A stretch of DNA of 64,000 bases, from NCBI GenBank assembly GCA_964016885.1, contig OZ024740.1, forward strand, positions 189,782,001-189,846,000, in the 5' to 3' direction. A model generated the notes under the pieces. That model was not told where the DNA came from. It did not search any database and was given only the letters and a program-made list of their open reading frames with translations. Source of the DNA: Eledone cirrhosa. Taxonomy: Eukaryota. Shown piece after piece: positions 60,626-64,000 of the stretch. Within the stretch, counting starts at the first letter, position 1, and every line of letters begins with the position of its first letter. Both the position numbers and the translations under genes were made by a program.

Positions 60626-60925
60626 TAGAAGAAGAAGAAGAAGAATCTATAATAATTTCTAACCCTTCAACATTTAATCTTCAAATTTATCACACCAAAG
60701 CACTCTTATCCCACGAGATTTCTTATCCGTGACATCCTACCAACGATCAATATAAACCTTACCACCTTAGATCTACTGATAACAAATACCAACAGCTGCT
60801 TCTGATGTAAATTTTTCCAATATTGGCCAATAGAAAAAGAAAACGAAAATAAATTTCTAGTTGAAAACATTACCTCCACACACACATACACACACACGCA
60901 CACGGACACACACCCACACACGCTT

Positions 60926-60958
<33 letters not shown>

Positions 60959-61041
60959 CACATACAGACGCACATACACGCGCGCACATATTCACACACA
61001 CACGCACGCACATATACACACACAGGCACAGATGTGTATAT

Positions 61042-61097
<56 letters not shown>

Positions 61098-61101
<4 letters not shown>

Positions 61102-61413
61102 CTCCAGTTCCCCAGTGAATTAACAACCCAACAAGGAACTGGGCATATCAGAGTATTGACAATATCATACACCAAAACAACATATGTACTTGTCTATACC
61201 ATACTAATTCAAACTGCCTGAAGAGGTCACAGCCAAAGATGGCTGTCACTGAAATATATATAGCAGTAATAAACGAAGCTAAATTTTAATCATTTGACTT
61301 TTATTTAACTTTATTTTACACTACTCCGGAGTAACCAAACCAACCTGCGCACTTTGTCGAGTGCTCCAGCCTGCATACTGAGGTGTTGGTATACAACCAA
61401 CATAAACTCAAAA
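61098..61413 (+). mobile_element. ~316-bp HHR module between (TA)n tracts (co-linear form)
   Basis: High similarity to 28128-28446. Confidence 0.88.
61213..61267 (+). ncRNA. Hammerhead ribozyme, apparently intact
   Basis: actgc CTGAAGA ggtcacagcca-aaga-tggctgtcact GAAA tatata TA gcagt. Stem I is 5 bp, stem II ~10 bp, stem III palindromic. Confidence 0.87.
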
Positions 61414-61432
61414 TCTATATATATATATATAT

Positions 61433-61685
61433 ACGATATTAACAAATGAAAACTATATTTATAAAACCATATTTATTTCATTATACATATTTCAAGGACA
61501 CCAAGTTAAATTATGGTGTGCTTTCATCAGACAAAATATAATATAGATCAGTTTTATAAATAAATATTGACATACCCTTAAAAAATGCAACCATTACTGT
61601 TGGAAGCTGCAAATACTTATTGAGTGCTTTATATCAGCTATAAAAATATATGCTTGTTGTATCTCAACAATTTAAATAGAACTTG

Positions 61686-61690
<5 letters not shown>
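61433..61690. mobile_element. HHR module of the 8.5/30.2-kb family; HHR segment inverted (HHR 61474-61538, minus) relative to the plus-strand 3' tail
   Basis: 61433-61609 matches 30148-30326 in reverse, and 61610-61690 matches 30338-30418 directly. Confidence 0.82.
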
Positions 61691-61751
<61 letters not shown>

Positions 61752-62188
61752 ACATTCAACCGTAGCGGTAGATTCAACTTCTGTAAGGGAGGCAAATTGT
61801 CATGAGCTGCCATATTTCGTAATAGATATTACGTTTCTGTGCCCACTTTCAATTTGGTGGTAGTAGCTGAATTCCTAGAGTGTTTGACAGATCCTTGAGA
61901 TATCGTTTCCACCATAAGGAAATGGAAAAGATAGTAATGGAAAAGAAGAATGAGATAAAAATGAAATGAAGCAACGAAAGAAGAGAGCGGATGAGAGTAA
62001 CAGTCTATACACCAGTCTCAATAGTATGCGTCGGCTGACATCCGCGGCCGAAATTGTGAACGATCTTGATCATTTCAAATGAATGAAACAGTTCTAGTAA
62101 TATAGAAGCTTTTTCTAAATTAAATATTCGTTGTTCTCACTCTACTTACGTATTGAATACCGTATTTACTCTGATTCTACTCAGGGTC

Positions 62189-62247
<59 letters not shown>

Positions 62248-62254
62248 AGACACA

Positions 62255-62340
<86 letters not shown>

Positions 62341-62426
62341 CACACTAGCCTGTTGAAACGGAAATCCTTTAATCAAAAGAGTCTTGTGGTTCAACATTTA
62401 GACCAAAACAAGAATTAGTAGTGTTA

Positions 62427-62545
62427 AGATAATTGTTTCTACTTTTGGCACACGGCCACCAATTAACCAGTACATTACTGGTATTTTATTTTATCGACCC
62501 CGTAAGGATTAAAGGCAAAGTTAACCTCGGCAGGATTTGAACTCA
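62427..62545 (-). mobile_element. Partial SINE copy bracketed by a 16-bp direct repeat (agtagtgttaagataa), a probable target-site duplication
   Basis: agtagtgttaagataa occurs at ~62417 and ~62545. Confidence 0.8.
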
Positions 62546-63413
62546 GTAGTGTTAAGATAATGGGACTATAACAGGAGAGGAAATTCCTGTACACTGAGCT
62601 GATCGCTGGCTGTTGGTATAATTTAAGACAATGCAGTGCATAAGATCTAGGTCTATGACCTTACTTGGTGAAAGCAGGGGATATGTTTCAATCATATTAG
62701 GCCATTTTCCACTGTGTTCATTGTCTCAGCAAACTGGTTGATTGCTACATTCAAATAGATAAAGTGAGTAGACAGAATATATGCGTTCATTTCGTGTGAA
62801 CAAATGTTAAATCGAAAATGCCTAAATGGAGCTCTTTGAGTGAAATGTATACTTTCAAATAAAATCTTGCTGAAAACATCTTCATATGTGTATTCGTTTG
62901 TATAAACGGTTTAACTCATATCTGCATTACTAAAATATCTCCTCTAATGGGGAACGCACTTCGAATCATATTAAGGTTTGGTTTGGAATCAGATTAATTA
63001 TAGAAATAAATAAATATGAATTCTACGCAACATGTAGTTTTACGTGTGTACAGAAGCACGAAGATGTCTTTTACCGTTGTGGAATTGGGGTTATTTAAAA
63101 AAATAACATAGCACCAAAACTCGACACAATAAACGTCGATTAAATGCAGATCGGTCTAAGGTAATGGATGGGCTGAATATAATTAGATAAGAACTTGAAA
63201 TGTCATGTGTAAGGTTGACTTTAGTGACAAAATAAAATAAATAAATATATCAATAATAAAAAAAATAGGCACACGCATCCATTCATACATTCATACATAC
63301 ATACATATAAATATATATCGGTAAAGAGGGAGACAAAGTGATGGTGATGTTGAAAGAAACAAATATATAAGAATAAACGGACACATACATACACATTCAC
63401 TTACACAAAATCA

Positions 63414-63456
<43 letters not shown>

Positions 63457-63700
63457 ATAATAATAAATTTGAAGACTAAAATCCAAAGAGGGTTCGATAA
63501 GGATAAATATATATCAAATATATAAGAACCGTAGAGTGAATATTTATTAAAATAACAGATTAACGTTTAAGCAAGGAATCGCTGCTTTCACCCTTAACGG
63601 GAACTTCTGAAACTAACAAAGTCAATCTGTGAACGCAGAAGTGAATATTTCAAACAAACGTTGCAACCGGAGGAAGACACGAAGACGATACCTTTGTTCG

Positions 63701-63958
63701 TGGAAACGTTCCCTGGCAAAGAACGGGAAAAACGAATATAATACGTCATTATTTGGATCGGTGAAAAACAATTACACGCAGAGACGAAACCACGTTTATG
63801 GTATAAAAGAGGTCGGAGTCTATTATTCTATTAGGTGGTGCATAGAGACGTTCTCTGGCAATGAACGGAAAAAACGAAGAAAATACGTCATATCTGGGGC
63901 GGGGAGAACAATTGCGCACAAAGACAAAACAACGTAAATGGTATAACTGAAGTCGTAG
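63701..63958 (+). repeat. Diverged ~140-bp tandem direct repeat
   Basis: gaaacgttccctggcaaagaacgggaaaaacgaa..tacgtcat versus gagacgttctctggcaatgaacggaaaaaacgaa..tacgtcat. Confidence 0.75.
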
Positions 63959-64000
63959 ACAAGAATTCTAACTAGGAAACCGAATGATTCTCGGCTTCAG

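Overview
AT-rich eukaryotic genomic DNA with many (TA)n, (CA)n and (GA)n microsatellites. The tRNA-derived SINE family resembles octopod cephalopod repeats (inference). No host protein-coding gene can be confidently supported, and most short ORFs are microsatellite artefacts. The window contains a decayed near-full-length Helitron (~9.8-14.6 kb) and a second Helitron fragment, at least five Penelope-like retroelement (PLE) relics (one with an open 597-aa RT + GIY-YIG ORF), RTE-type and R4/Dong-type LINE fragments, and SINEs. The main signal is a dense, diverse set of about 20 minimal type I hammerhead ribozyme (HHR) motifs, intact or decayed. They lie in PLE 3' ends and in short non-coding modules wedged between (TA)n tracts. 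These modules occur as long inverted repeats, as partial tandem repeats (retrozyme-like), or with the HHR segment inverted relative to a fixed 3' tail. They show compensatory stem II changes, a recurrent C-C mismatch and a U3-A8 core variant. All motifs were found by eye, and coordinates may be off by a few bases.
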